Assembly: GCA_017499595.2 (NCBI GenBank)
Contig: JAFIQS020000017.1
Location: 62,001 to 112,174, forward strand
Source: Psilocybe cubensis
Taxonomy: Eukaryota
Direction of reading: 5' to 3'
DNA: 50,174 nt
This document shows, piece by piece, positions 1 through 9,177 of the stretch (positions are counted from its first letter, which is position 1; every line of letters starts with the position of its first letter). Under the pieces are notes generated by a model. The model was given only the letters and a program-made list of their open reading frames with translations, searched no databases and was not told the origin of the DNA. A program made the position numbers and the translations under genes.

Positions 1-1672
1 ATGTCGGTCCCTCCTGCGCCTCGAAAGGCGCGCCGGGGTTTTGAGCATCATATGCTTCAATGGCCTCGCGATATCGGTTTGCATGAGACGCCAGTGCTGC
101 AAACGCTTTGGTAAACTCATGGCGAGCTGCCTTATCCACGGGTCCGAGTACCCGCACAAGTCCCTGCCCAAAAGATGAACGGCGGTCCACTTCTAAAGAC
201 AGCCGCATCGCAATCCCTGGAAGTGGTGATATACTACCAGGCCTAGCATGCATCAAGGCATATTGAGCGAAGTCGTCAATGAGTAACGAATGCTCGCGCT
301 TGGGCATTGGGATGCCCATGCCCCGGTTGTTCTTGTGGAGGTTTGCGAAGTTTCGTATGCGGTCGAAGTCGTGCGGCAGGGCGATCTCCATCCATTCGTT
401 CTCATCAACTTTGGGCGTGAACTCGTCCACGCTCACCTTTTCCAAACATTGCATCGCTCGGTCGTGCACCTGCGGGTTACTCATAGCAGCCGCATTCTTC
501 AACACGCGCAACAAGATGTACGCTTCGACGCGAACCCAGGGTTCAAATGTCTCGTCTTGAGTAATGCGAACGAGTCCCTTGACCTCCAGCGGGTTACGTG
601 GGACGCCTCGTGGTGCAGTAGCGTACAAGGGGTTCTTGAACGGGTTGTATGCATTGTCATGGGTGCGCTCCCACTGCATTGCCGCTATGGCAGTGTTACC
701 AGTGAACACGGTATTGCTACGTTCGGAGAACCATGTGTGCCGTGGGAGAGTGTTGCGTAGTATGTTGAGACGTTGCGGCGAAAGCTGCGGGTGTAAAACC
801 ACGCCCCACACGTTGTCAATCCGACCTGAGTACATGTCGAAATCGAGTTGACGTTTGGCAAGTCGCCGATTCGCCTCTGCAGTACTGAGATTACTTTCAT
901 CCTCTGAGTCCTCGTCCTCAGTACGATACCCCACTGGATTTGGGTGATCCCTGGACGGGTCGCGCTTGAGCTTGGGTGATGGGTGCCGTTCTCCAGGAAC
1001 AACCACATTAGTGAGTATGTCATATGTCGGATCATTGTTCTCCGGGTCCCTCGTAGTCACGCCAGCTGTGGGCGTTGACATGTTGGGTGCAGTATCAGCA
1101 TTATGCGTTGGTTTCTTGGATGGGCGGCCGTCATTATCGTCCGTACTTTCCGCCGCACTTCGTTTACTTATGCGCCCATACGCGAGGAGGTTATTGTCCA
1201 GCCTCTTATTCTCGGCTTCCAATTTCTGGAGGCGGAAGAGTAGCTCGGTAGTTAGGAGAAACATTTGCTCGGTTATTATTGCATTCGCCAGGTCTTCCTG
1301 AATGCCGTAGTGAACTAAGGACTCGCGGACAGTGTCAGCATATTCTTGATAATGCTCGCTGACTGCGGTTGTTTGTCCAGTAGTCAAGGCTATTGTCCCA
1401 AGGTTGTTATTTAAGTCTCTTTCCGGTGCGTCTGAGTACGCACCTGTGCCCCGTAAGTTTATTATATTGTTTAAGTTCATTCCCTGGGCTCCCCGATGTG
1501 AGGTTCTCCCTTGTTGCGCCTCTGGCGCCATTGATCTCCCGTTGCCCCATGGTGGACTATACGGTGAGCTTCGATATCCTCCCCCCCCTGAGTGGCCACC
1601 TCCTCGGGGGCCATTGAACTGCCCGCGATAACCCTGATAGTTAGGCCGGCCACGTAAATAGTGAGATTGCAT
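1..1672 (-). CDS. Third ORF downstream of pol (ORF3), unknown function, C-terminally truncated by the window edge (>=557 codons)
   Basis: Manual translation: ATG at 1672 (MQSHYLRGRPNYQGYRGQFNGPRGGGHSGGGGYRSS...) with no in-frame stop down to position 1. The frame is open from 1870. It is absent from the ORF track, presumably because no stop lies in the window. Confidence 0.85.
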   Translation of the reverse strand, partial: MQSHYLRGRPNYQGYRGQFNGPRGGGHSGGGGYRSSPYSPPWGNGRSMAPEAQQGRTSHRGAQGMNLNNIINLRGTGAYSDAPERDLNNNLGTIALTTGQTTAVSEHYQEYADTVRESLVHYGIQEDLANAIITEQMFLLTTELLFRLQKLEAENKRLDNNLLAYGRISKRSAAESTDDNDGRPSKKPTHNADTAPNMSTPTAGVTTRDPENNDPTYDILTNVVVPGERHPSPKLKRDPSRDHPNPVGYRTEDEDSEDESNLSTAEANRRLAKRQLDFDMYSGRIDNVWGVVLHPQLSPQRLNILRNTLPRHTWFSERSNTVFTGNTAIAAMQWERTHDNAYNPFKNPLYATAPRGVPRNPLEVKGLVRITQDETFEPWVRVEAYILLRVLKNAAAMSNPQVHDRAMQCLEKVSVDEFTPKVDENEWMEIALPHDFDRIRNFANLHKNNRGMGIPMPKREHSLLIDDFAQYALMHARPGSISPLPGIAMRLSLEVDRRSSFGQGLVRVLGPVDKAARHEFTKAFAALASHANRYREAIEAYDAQNPGAPFEAQEGPT

Positions 1673-1915
1673 AGTGTCAGGTATTAAAAATCGATGTAAA
1701 GTAGATGGGTAAGGTAGGAAAGATAGGAATGAATCGTCCCATCGATGAGCCTCCTGTCCCCTCCGAAAAGATTGTTTATTGATCAAGCGCCCGGCATGTA
1801 GCTCCCGTTGGAACCCCGCAAGACCACAGTCCAAACAAGGCAATGTCAGTTTGCCAAGCGTGCAAATCCATCAACATCTATATTATCTGACCTGCGCCAC
1901 GCCCATTCGCACATA

Positions 1916-4900
1916 TTAGCGACGCTTAGGCAAAAGAGAAGGGCGCTTAACCCCCATCAACTGTAGGTAACGATCTAAAGCTGCCAGGTCCTTACAGTTC
2001 GCTAACGGCTCCCATGTAGTGTCACCCAATGACCACCGTACCTCAAACTCAAGCTTGTTGTTAACCCATCTGTGCCCGATTAGCTCATCAACGAACCACT
2101 CGTGATCGTCGGGGGCCCCGAAGTCATAGGGCTCAGGGTGCGCACGATTGGGGAACAAAGCATCAGTGGAAGCCTGGTATGGTTTCAGCAGTGATATATG
2201 GAACGTGGGGTGTATGCGCCGCATCGATAGGGCGGCCGGCAGCTCCAACGTGTAAGTGGAGGTTCCAGGTTTGCTATTCAGAATTTTATAAGGTCCAATG
2301 AACTTTGGACACAGTTTACGTGCCCTATTCTTGGGCATATTCAGATTCTTCGTCGACAAGTATACCAGTGAACCCACAGGTAGGTCGGCGTCATCACTAC
2401 GTCTGCGATCGGCTTGCCGTGTCTGTATAATTCTAGCTTCAATGATGGCATCGTGCGCTTCGGCCAGATTTCGGAGTGCAGCCTCTGCAAACGCGCGTAT
2501 CCCGCGTGACACATGCTCATTGGAACGTATTTCTTTTAGCATAGATGGCATGTAACCACCATTCAGTTCAAACGGTGCGTACCCTGTCGTATCGGATACA
2601 CTGGCATTAATCGCAAATTCAGTAAGGTCAAGTTTATCAACCCAGTCCTTTTGGTCAGGGCGTATTACGGTACGTAGTATTTGCCCCACGCTACGATTTA
2701 CGCGCTCAGTTTGCCCATCAGTCTGTGGGTGAAAAGATGTCGACATCAGTAACTGTGCGCCCAATAATTTGTGCAGCTCGCGCCACCATTGAGAGGTAAA
2801 TTTTGAATCACGGTCGCTCACAATGGTCGACGGCAGACCGTGCAGTCTCACAATTTCTCGCATATAGATCCATGACAGCTGGTTTGCAGTCATGCTCGTA
2901 TGCACGGGTATTAGATGTATCATACTGGTCATCCGGCATATAATGACCCATACGTAGTTGAATCCCCGTGATTCGGGGAAAGGCCCAACAAAGTCCATAC
3001 CTATCGAGTCCCAAGGTTTAGTAGGTACGGGTAGGTTGTGAAGTTTCCCCATAGGTTTCTGGTTCGAAACCTTGGAACGCTGACAGGCATCGCAGGTTTT
3101 ACAAAACAATTCAACATCCTTCGCCATGTGTGGCCACCAGTACCAGCGCTTAACATACCCGAGTGTTTTAGCACTAGCAAAGTGTCCCACACACTTGTGA
3201 GCTTCCTCAATTATCCTGGTGACCAGTGATCTCACACGCGGGACCGCCAGGACTTTAATATCACCCGGAGCCATGTACCATATCAACCCATCATCCACTG
3301 AGAACCGATTGAATCGAGTCGGTTGTTCCTTTACTTCTATGAACATCTTATCCTGATCATACCCATCACGAATCTCTTGTATAAATGCATCGACCAAGTC
3401 TTTCTCTGGCTGCCGGTCGGTCAATTCATGGTGATGTAGTATATCACCCAGCGCTACATCCCCTTCTAATTTATGTTCATTTTTCACTGGAGACTCCGTG
3501 ACGTCATCGTTCAGTAACTGCGCCTCGAGTTCGCGCTCCTCTTTCTTCTCCAATAGTCGTTTACTGCGGCGAACTTCAATCGCGCGCATGGCTCGCAGTT
3601 CGATTACGTGCTCTGTTATTTCACGGTATCTTTCCTTAGGCAGGTCCTCCCCTTCGGGGTCAATGCGCCTGTCCGCCTGCACAAATTCATGAACCTCGTA
3701 CACATCATTAGGTGTGTCGCTTTCGTAGTATCGTGACAAACAATCAGCGACCTTATTGTATTCGCCCTTTACATATGTAATGTCAAAATTAAAGCGCGAC
3801 ATATAGTCCATCCATCGACGCTGCCGGTGCGACAAATTAACTTGTGTTTTGAAGAACTCAAGCGCCTTGTGGTCCGTGATTATATGTATCTTCTGCCCCA
3901 CCAACTTATCCTCCCACTTAATTAGGGCTTCTAGGATAGCCAATGTCTCCAGTTCGTGTACAGCGTAGTGTTGCTGTGCATCTGTGAATTTCTTTGACAT
4001 AAACCCTGCAGGTCGGCACATCGTCCATGTGGATCCCTGTCCATACATGGCACCCACTCCAGTCTTGGATGCATCACAAATCAGCCATATAGGTTCGTCA
4101 ATCTTTGGATTAATAGGCCTGATAATCGGAGTCTTACAACATATTCTTTTTATCATATCAAAACACCGTTGATGCAGTGGCCGCCAATAAAACGGTGCAC
4201 CATTTTGTGTCATGTTCATTAGAGGGGCCGTATATGCGGTGACGTTGGGTAGAAATGCCCCAACGTAATTCACAAGCCCTACAAATCTCTGTATGTCATT
4301 ATAATTGCGCGGTATTCTCCATTCACGGATCCTGGCTAGTTTGTCTGCATCGGGGTGAATACCAGCGTCATCTATCACATGTCCTAGGCAATCCACCTTG
4401 TCCGCGTACAATTCACACTTGGCCCATTTCAAGTATAGTTTATTGTCTCTTAGTTTATCAAACACGAATTTCAAGGCTTTCTCGTGGTCCTCGATTGTAT
4501 CGGTGAATATGAATATGTCGTCAAGATACACATGTAAGAAGCGTCCGATTGCATCTCGGAATATACATGTCATGAGTCGTTGGAACGTTGCAGGTGCATT
4601 GCAGTCCCCTTGCTGTACCACGTTACTTACATATGTTCCCGATATAGTTGAGAACGCTGTTTTCCACACATCTTCTGCTCTTACTCTAACTTGTTCATAG
4701 GCATCCGCTAGGTCTATTTTTGACCTAAACCGCGCTCTGGCTACATCCTCCCGAATGATTTCTTGATCAGGTAAGGGTGTAACATCCTTAATAGTATTAT
4801 CATTCCGCTGACGTGCATCCACCACTGTCCGAAGCTTGCCATCCTTCTTCGGTATGCACATGAGTGGTGCTGCCTGTGATGCGGATCTGGCCTCCCACCA

Positions 4901-5413
4901 CCCGGCATCAATATATCGGTTCAATTTATTATAGAACTCCTCGCGCAGGGCCAATGGGCATCGAGGTAAATGGTAGGTATATCTTTTGGATTCATCTATT
5001 AGATGGATTTCGTGGTTTACTTCACGGAAAGGGGGTAATTCATTTCGGGTGCCTTGTACCACGTCAAGGTACTCGTCATGCCATTGTTGTCGTAGCCGTG
5101 GGATGTCAGTTGTTGAATATTGGTCTTCCTTGCCTTTTCCTTTAACATTATGTCTTTTTTCTGTAGCCATTCGTGCCATCCGCAATGGCTTTTGCAAGTC
5201 GTCACTAATTGTTTTTAGCGATGATTCCGACCAATCGTTGTATCTTAAACGAACAGGATTTGTGGGTTTTTTAATATGTATAATCTGAGGCAACGATATC
5301 TCTGATGGTTCGGGCTGTCGATATATTTCTTTGCCCGGTATGTCCCAACGCCCGCGCCTTGCCCAATGCTCTGCTGACATTGAGTCCATCATGTTATTCC
5401 ATTCGCGTGGCAT
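1916..5413 (-). CDS. pol: Pol: reverse transcriptase, RNase H, integrase, chromodomain
   Basis: RT YLDD; RNase H CDAS...ELETLA...TDH...ADCLSR; integrase HHCC (AHKCVGH...CKTCDAC) and D-D-E (GMDF, SDRD, GQTE); GPY motif; C-terminal chromodomain (EWFVDELIGHRW...FEVRW...TTWEP). Confidence 0.97.
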   Translation of the reverse strand: MPREWNNMMDSMSAEHWARRGRWDIPGKEIYRQPEPSEISLPQIIHIKKPTNPVRLRYNDWSESSLKTISDDLQKPLRMARMATEKRHNVKGKGKEDQYSTTDIPRLRQQWHDEYLDVVQGTRNELPPFREVNHEIHLIDESKRYTYHLPRCPLALREEFYNKLNRYIDAGWWEARSASQAAPLMCIPKKDGKLRTVVDARQRNDNTIKDVTPLPDQEIIREDVARARFRSKIDLADAYEQVRVRAEDVWKTAFSTISGTYVSNVVQQGDCNAPATFQRLMTCIFRDAIGRFLHVYLDDIFIFTDTIEDHEKALKFVFDKLRDNKLYLKWAKCELYADKVDCLGHVIDDAGIHPDADKLARIREWRIPRNYNDIQRFVGLVNYVGAFLPNVTAYTAPLMNMTQNGAPFYWRPLHQRCFDMIKRICCKTPIIRPINPKIDEPIWLICDASKTGVGAMYGQGSTWTMCRPAGFMSKKFTDAQQHYAVHELETLAILEALIKWEDKLVGQKIHIITDHKALEFFKTQVNLSHRQRRWMDYMSRFNFDITYVKGEYNKVADCLSRYYESDTPNDVYEVHEFVQADRRIDPEGEDLPKERYREITEHVIELRAMRAIEVRRSKRLLEKKEERELEAQLLNDDVTESPVKNEHKLEGDVALGDILHHHELTDRQPEKDLVDAFIQEIRDGYDQDKMFIEVKEQPTRFNRFSVDDGLIWYMAPGDIKVLAVPRVRSLVTRIIEEAHKCVGHFASAKTLGYVKRWYWWPHMAKDVELFCKTCDACQRSKVSNQKPMGKLHNLPVPTKPWDSIGMDFVGPFPESRGFNYVWVIICRMTSMIHLIPVHTSMTANQLSWIYMREIVRLHGLPSTIVSDRDSKFTSQWWRELHKLLGAQLLMSTSFHPQTDGQTERVNRSVGQILRTVIRPDQKDWVDKLDLTEFAINASVSDTTGYAPFELNGGYMPSMLKEIRSNEHVSRGIRAFAEAALRNLAEAHDAIIEARIIQTRQADRRRSDDADLPVGSLVYLSTKNLNMPKNRARKLCPKFIGPYKILNSKPGTSTYTLELPAALSMRRIHPTFHISLLKPYQASTDALFPNRAHPEPYDFGAPDDHEWFVDELIGHRWVNNKLEFEVRWSLGDTTWEPLANCKDLAALDRYLQLMGVKRPSLLPKRR

Positions 5414-5431
5414 ACGTGGATCAAATACCTA

Positions 5432-5977
5432 GTCCAATTCGACTGGTGCAGTAGGCCTGTCCCAAAACCTATGACGGTCTCGATGATTCTTTTCATTGAG
5501 TTCGGCCACCTGTTCTTGCTCATCTTCGTCGGTTATCAGATCCTCAACTTTTATTTTTGAAGACGTTGGCTGACAATAGTCTTCATTAGCGTGGTTATTT
5601 ACTATAATAGAATCATCCAGATAATCAATCCTCCAGACTCGTTGTCCAGACCCCAGATCTTCCACTAACATCTTCTTTTCATCATTATTACTATTATTAC
5701 TCGGGTCATAATTGGCACAGTGTGAGTTACCGTGTTCATTGTCCGCCTCGCAGCTTGGTTTTTCTGCAATTTGACTGTGGTATTTATGTGGGTTTGGCTT
5801 AGGTCGATCACACTTCTCGACCAATTGTACTGGCGTATCATATTCATCCAGTGTGACCATCAGTCTTGTATCCTCTGTGGGTAAGCTATTTATGTTTTGG
5901 TTGTGCTTTTCAACATCGTCAATCTCAACAATGTTTATTTTCCTTCTATCTGTCTTCTGATGATGCGCCGAGTGTAG
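5432..5977 (-). CDS. 182-codon in-frame acidic spacer between the gag-PR stop and pol
   Basis: Same frame as gag and pol, with no stop between TGA (5978-5980) and TAG (5429-5431). Includes track ORF 5429..5860. Confidence 0.6.
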
Positions 5978-8899
5978 TCAGGTATCGGCATGCTTCTCAG
6001 TTACACGTTGACGGCGTAACCGTCCATCAGTGTCCCTTGGTACACGAATGGCGGGTATGGATACTCCGTTAATGTGTACCACTGACTTATCGAAGTCCAG
6101 CATCACTTTATGCTTGCGCATAAACGGTGTCCCGATGATCATATCATACCGATCGATGTTTATAATGTCGAGGTACGTGGTTGTTGATAAGTTACCCACG
6201 TTAACTTGTGTATCCGTTCCATATTTAATGGATGACCGGCTTCCCGTCGTTCCCAGTTGTAGGATGTGCGGGTCAATTAGAGTATCGACCGATATGTCAG
6301 CAATCTGCGCAAAAGCTGGGGTTAATCCCGAGGTTGTACTCCCCGAGTCCCATAGCGTCCACGCATCCATCCCCGCTACGTTTACATATGTAACCAAACA
6401 CTCCTTATCCTCCGGCTTAAGAACTGGCCTCATGCGCTCCTTTTTTGAAGTGCGTAATCTGACCTTTCGCATCTTAATTTTGTCCTCATCACTTCTAGCT
6501 TGTGCTTCAGGTATCTCCGTCATTGCATGAGTACCATCATTGGTCATATCATGTATTTTTGGTTCCAGGGGTACCAATACGTCCACAAATTCGTTATCTG
6601 AGCTACTTTCGCATTCAACAAAGTTATTGGTGTTTGCAACATCTGGGCTCATCACGCTCATAGCGCGGCATTGGTCACTTTCAATACGTGATTCCGATTC
6701 GTACCAATCGCTGTCGACTACCTCGACTTCGGTGTATTGATCTTCGTCAGCAGGCCCAATATCCTCCGGATCCGCTTCGTCGTCCCCCATGTTGGACATT
6801 GTTTCATCAATGTCATCAGGAGCAACTGTGCGTGCTGCTCTTAATTGTACTCGATCTTTGCGTGGCTCAACGCATTCTTTAGCGAAGTGGCCAGTCTTAC
6901 CACAGTTATAACACTGAATTGTTCGGCCAACGTTATTTCCTTTCGGCTTGTTGGCACCGACTGGATTTGCAGTGGTTGCTTGCGTCTTATGTACAATCTT
7001 TACAGCATTGGACTCTTCAGGCTTGTTATTGCCTTTGTTAGGATCTATCAGTTGAGATCGCAATACCATAAGCTTTCCACGCGAACGTATCCTTAACGGT
7101 TTTGTATCAATATGTTGCGCTTTTAATGGATTAGTCGCCCCGCTTGCCTCGCGGCCGTGGCGTTGGTAATATGCATCAGTTTTCTGACATTCTTCATATA
7201 ACTTTGCTAACCCTACGAACTCATCGACTGAGTTTATCTCAGGCGATAGTCCGTCATTCCTAATCAAGTGAGATCGCATGGCTCGAGGAATCCCCGATAA
7301 GAACACTTCAAGTATAGAGTATTGATCTGGATACTCGTACATGTTCTGCGCATGCTCCAGAATTGTATCATAAAATGCCTGAACTCCTTTGTCAGGGTTA
7401 AACATCGCCGTACGGAATGCTTCGCGTGCATCTTGCATTGATGTTGGGTGCACAAAACGCTCGTACAGGGCAAGTATCACCTCTTCAAAAGTCCAGCTCC
7501 TTTTTTGACGGTTTATATTAGCAACGTGATGGTTATAGAAGAACTTGGCTTCTCCATCCAAGTATTCGGGTAGTATCATTCTACGTATCTGCTCGTTTTT
7601 TGGTCCCCCAAGCTGTCTGACTGCCATTTTTGTACACAGGTCCGACAGCCAGTTTTCTAAGTCAGAAAACTTAGGTGACCCCGAGTATCGTGTACTCTTG
7701 TCACTTTCCATCTTTGTGTTATACTTGAAACCTTCTGGGAACTCGATTCTGGTACCCAGTAATTCATGTATCAACCTAGATAATCGGTCCTGCATATCCG
7801 ATTTATGGGCCTCATTGGCCTCGGATATTCCTGGCTTAACGCGTGTGGCTACCGCCCTTGGCATAGAATAACCTCGTGGTGTACGCCTTGATTCACCATA
7901 ATTAGTAAATTGTGGCGGTATAGTGCCACTGCGTGCATATTTATCTTCACGCTCGATTGTCCTTTTCGAGCGCACTGATCCATATGGTGCGTCTAATAAA
8001 TTCAGACTTGCCATATCCTCTACATATTCCTGTTTTGGTAATGGCGACGTCGCTCGCACCGCTTCTCGTGGTCGATGACCATCGAATTCAATGCCTTGGT
8101 CATCAATGTTTGAGGTTCCGGATTCCCTTAAGGACGCGTTGCGCATGGTCTGGTAGGCCACGCGATCCTTCCAACTTACGGCTCTTGCCACTCTTGCGTC
8201 AGATCTGCGAGTGACGTTAGGGAACCCTGCAAACTGTGCTTGCTGGTCATTCATCGATAGGCTTGCCTCTTGCCCCCTATCTACAGCACTAATGTCTGCT
8301 ACCGACGGTAACTTGTACACCGCATTATCGGGTGGTCGGATGCGTGGTGATGATACTGGCATCTCCAGTATATTGGTCATTTCGGTTATTGGGCTTATGG
8401 GTATGCCCATCGAACTGATATAATGATATCGCGGTCTATCCGCATATTTCTCAGCCATACGGGACGCAGTCTTAACCACTACTGATATGTACTTATCAAT
8501 TCCCCATCCTTCGGTACTCGCATTTCCTATGCGTGTAATCTCCTGTTCCACTATGTCAATGGCCTTGTTACGGAGGGCGATCTGTCTATCCAGACGATCA
8601 ACTCCGTAAATCTCCCATATCGTCTCTAATCGAGCATCGATTTCTCTCTGCAGTCCTTCAATCGCCTCATCCTTGGATGTCTCTGGCGGTTGCGTGTCAT
8701 CTCCAACGGGGCCCTTATCGATTGGTTTCGATGTCCCCGGTTCTGGTGCGTCTACGTTGTCAACAGAGTCTCGAGTGACTCCTGTTTGTGTGACCTTTAC
8801 TTTGTCAAATCGCATTGTCTCTCGGTTAAACACCAAGATGTCATGGCTAGCAGTGTCTTTCGGGGTGTCGTTCCCTTGAGACGGTTGAGGGGATGCCAT
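5978..8899 (-). CDS. gag: Gag-protease polyprotein
   Basis: Retrotransposon capsid-like region, zinc knuckle CYNCGKTGHFAKEC, aspartic protease LWDSGS and IIGTPF. First ATG at 8899 (MASPQP); the track ORF begins at a GTG at 9025, inside the putative LTR. Confidence 0.95.
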   Translation of the reverse strand: MASPQPSQGNDTPKDTASHDILVFNRETMRFDKVKVTQTGVTRDSVDNVDAPEPGTSKPIDKGPVGDDTQPPETSKDEAIEGLQREIDARLETIWEIYGVDRLDRQIALRNKAIDIVEQEITRIGNASTEGWGIDKYISVVVKTASRMAEKYADRPRYHYISSMGIPISPITEMTNILEMPVSSPRIRPPDNAVYKLPSVADISAVDRGQEASLSMNDQQAQFAGFPNVTRRSDARVARAVSWKDRVAYQTMRNASLRESGTSNIDDQGIEFDGHRPREAVRATSPLPKQEYVEDMASLNLLDAPYGSVRSKRTIEREDKYARSGTIPPQFTNYGESRRTPRGYSMPRAVATRVKPGISEANEAHKSDMQDRLSRLIHELLGTRIEFPEGFKYNTKMESDKSTRYSGSPKFSDLENWLSDLCTKMAVRQLGGPKNEQIRRMILPEYLDGEAKFFYNHHVANINRQKRSWTFEEVILALYERFVHPTSMQDAREAFRTAMFNPDKGVQAFYDTILEHAQNMYEYPDQYSILEVFLSGIPRAMRSHLIRNDGLSPEINSVDEFVGLAKLYEECQKTDAYYQRHGREASGATNPLKAQHIDTKPLRIRSRGKLMVLRSQLIDPNKGNNKPEESNAVKIVHKTQATTANPVGANKPKGNNVGRTIQCYNCGKTGHFAKECVEPRKDRVQLRAARTVAPDDIDETMSNMGDDEADPEDIGPADEDQYTEVEVVDSDWYESESRIESDQCRAMSVMSPDVANTNNFVECESSSDNEFVDVLVPLEPKIHDMTNDGTHAMTEIPEAQARSDEDKIKMRKVRLRTSKKERMRPVLKPEDKECLVTYVNVAGMDAWTLWDSGSTTSGLTPAFAQIADISVDTLIDPHILQLGTTGSRSSIKYGTDTQVNVGNLSTTTYLDIINIDRYDMIIGTPFMRKHKVMLDFDKSVVHINGVSIPAIRVPRDTDGRLRRQRVTEKHADT

Positions 8900-8985
8900 T
8901 GTGAGGTGGCAGTGGTATAGGGGTAGCGAATAGATAGGAGGGGTGGATTGGTTAACCACCAATATAGATAGCTGGTTTAAAAAAG

Positions 8986-9177
8986 TGTAAAGCGCTGCTT
9001 TACGAGGAGAATTCTTACGTCGCACGAACTAAACCAGACCAACGTATATTGGGGTCTAGTAAGTACGAAACAAAGAACTAACTAGCTCCTATCTACGTTG
9101 CGTGAAATGTAACCACATCGGCGCTATCCGATGTGGTTTGAAATAAGAAATATCTATTCTGTCCGTCGCCCGTTACA
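8986..9177 (-). repeat. Putative 5' LTR (about 192 bp)
   Basis: Bounded by TGTAA...TTACA and followed on the element strand by CTTTTTT. The inner boundary is inferred because the second LTR is not in the window. Confidence 0.6.

Larger units (their letters stand above)
1..9177 (-). mobile_element. Ty3/Gypsy LTR retrotransposon (chromovirus); 3' part and 3' LTR lie beyond the window start
   Basis: Domain order Gag(CCHC)-PR-RT-RNaseH-IN-chromodomain on the minus strand. The element starts TGTAACG at 9177, exactly where similarity to the interrupted repeat arm stops. Confidence 0.95.

Noticed and set aside
1-1672. Calling ORF3 an env gene
   Set aside because: No signal peptide or transmembrane helix in the visible 557 codons; only its position is env-like, and the C-terminus is out of view.
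1673-1915. ORF3 is in the same frame as pol, so a Pol-ORF3 readthrough fusion was considered
   Set aside because: Three in-frame stops (the pol TAA, another TAA, and TGA at 1871-1873) separate them.
279-8920. Many plus-strand ORFs of 60-170 aa over the retroelement
   Set aside because: Antisense shadows of the long minus-strand coding frames, with no motifs.
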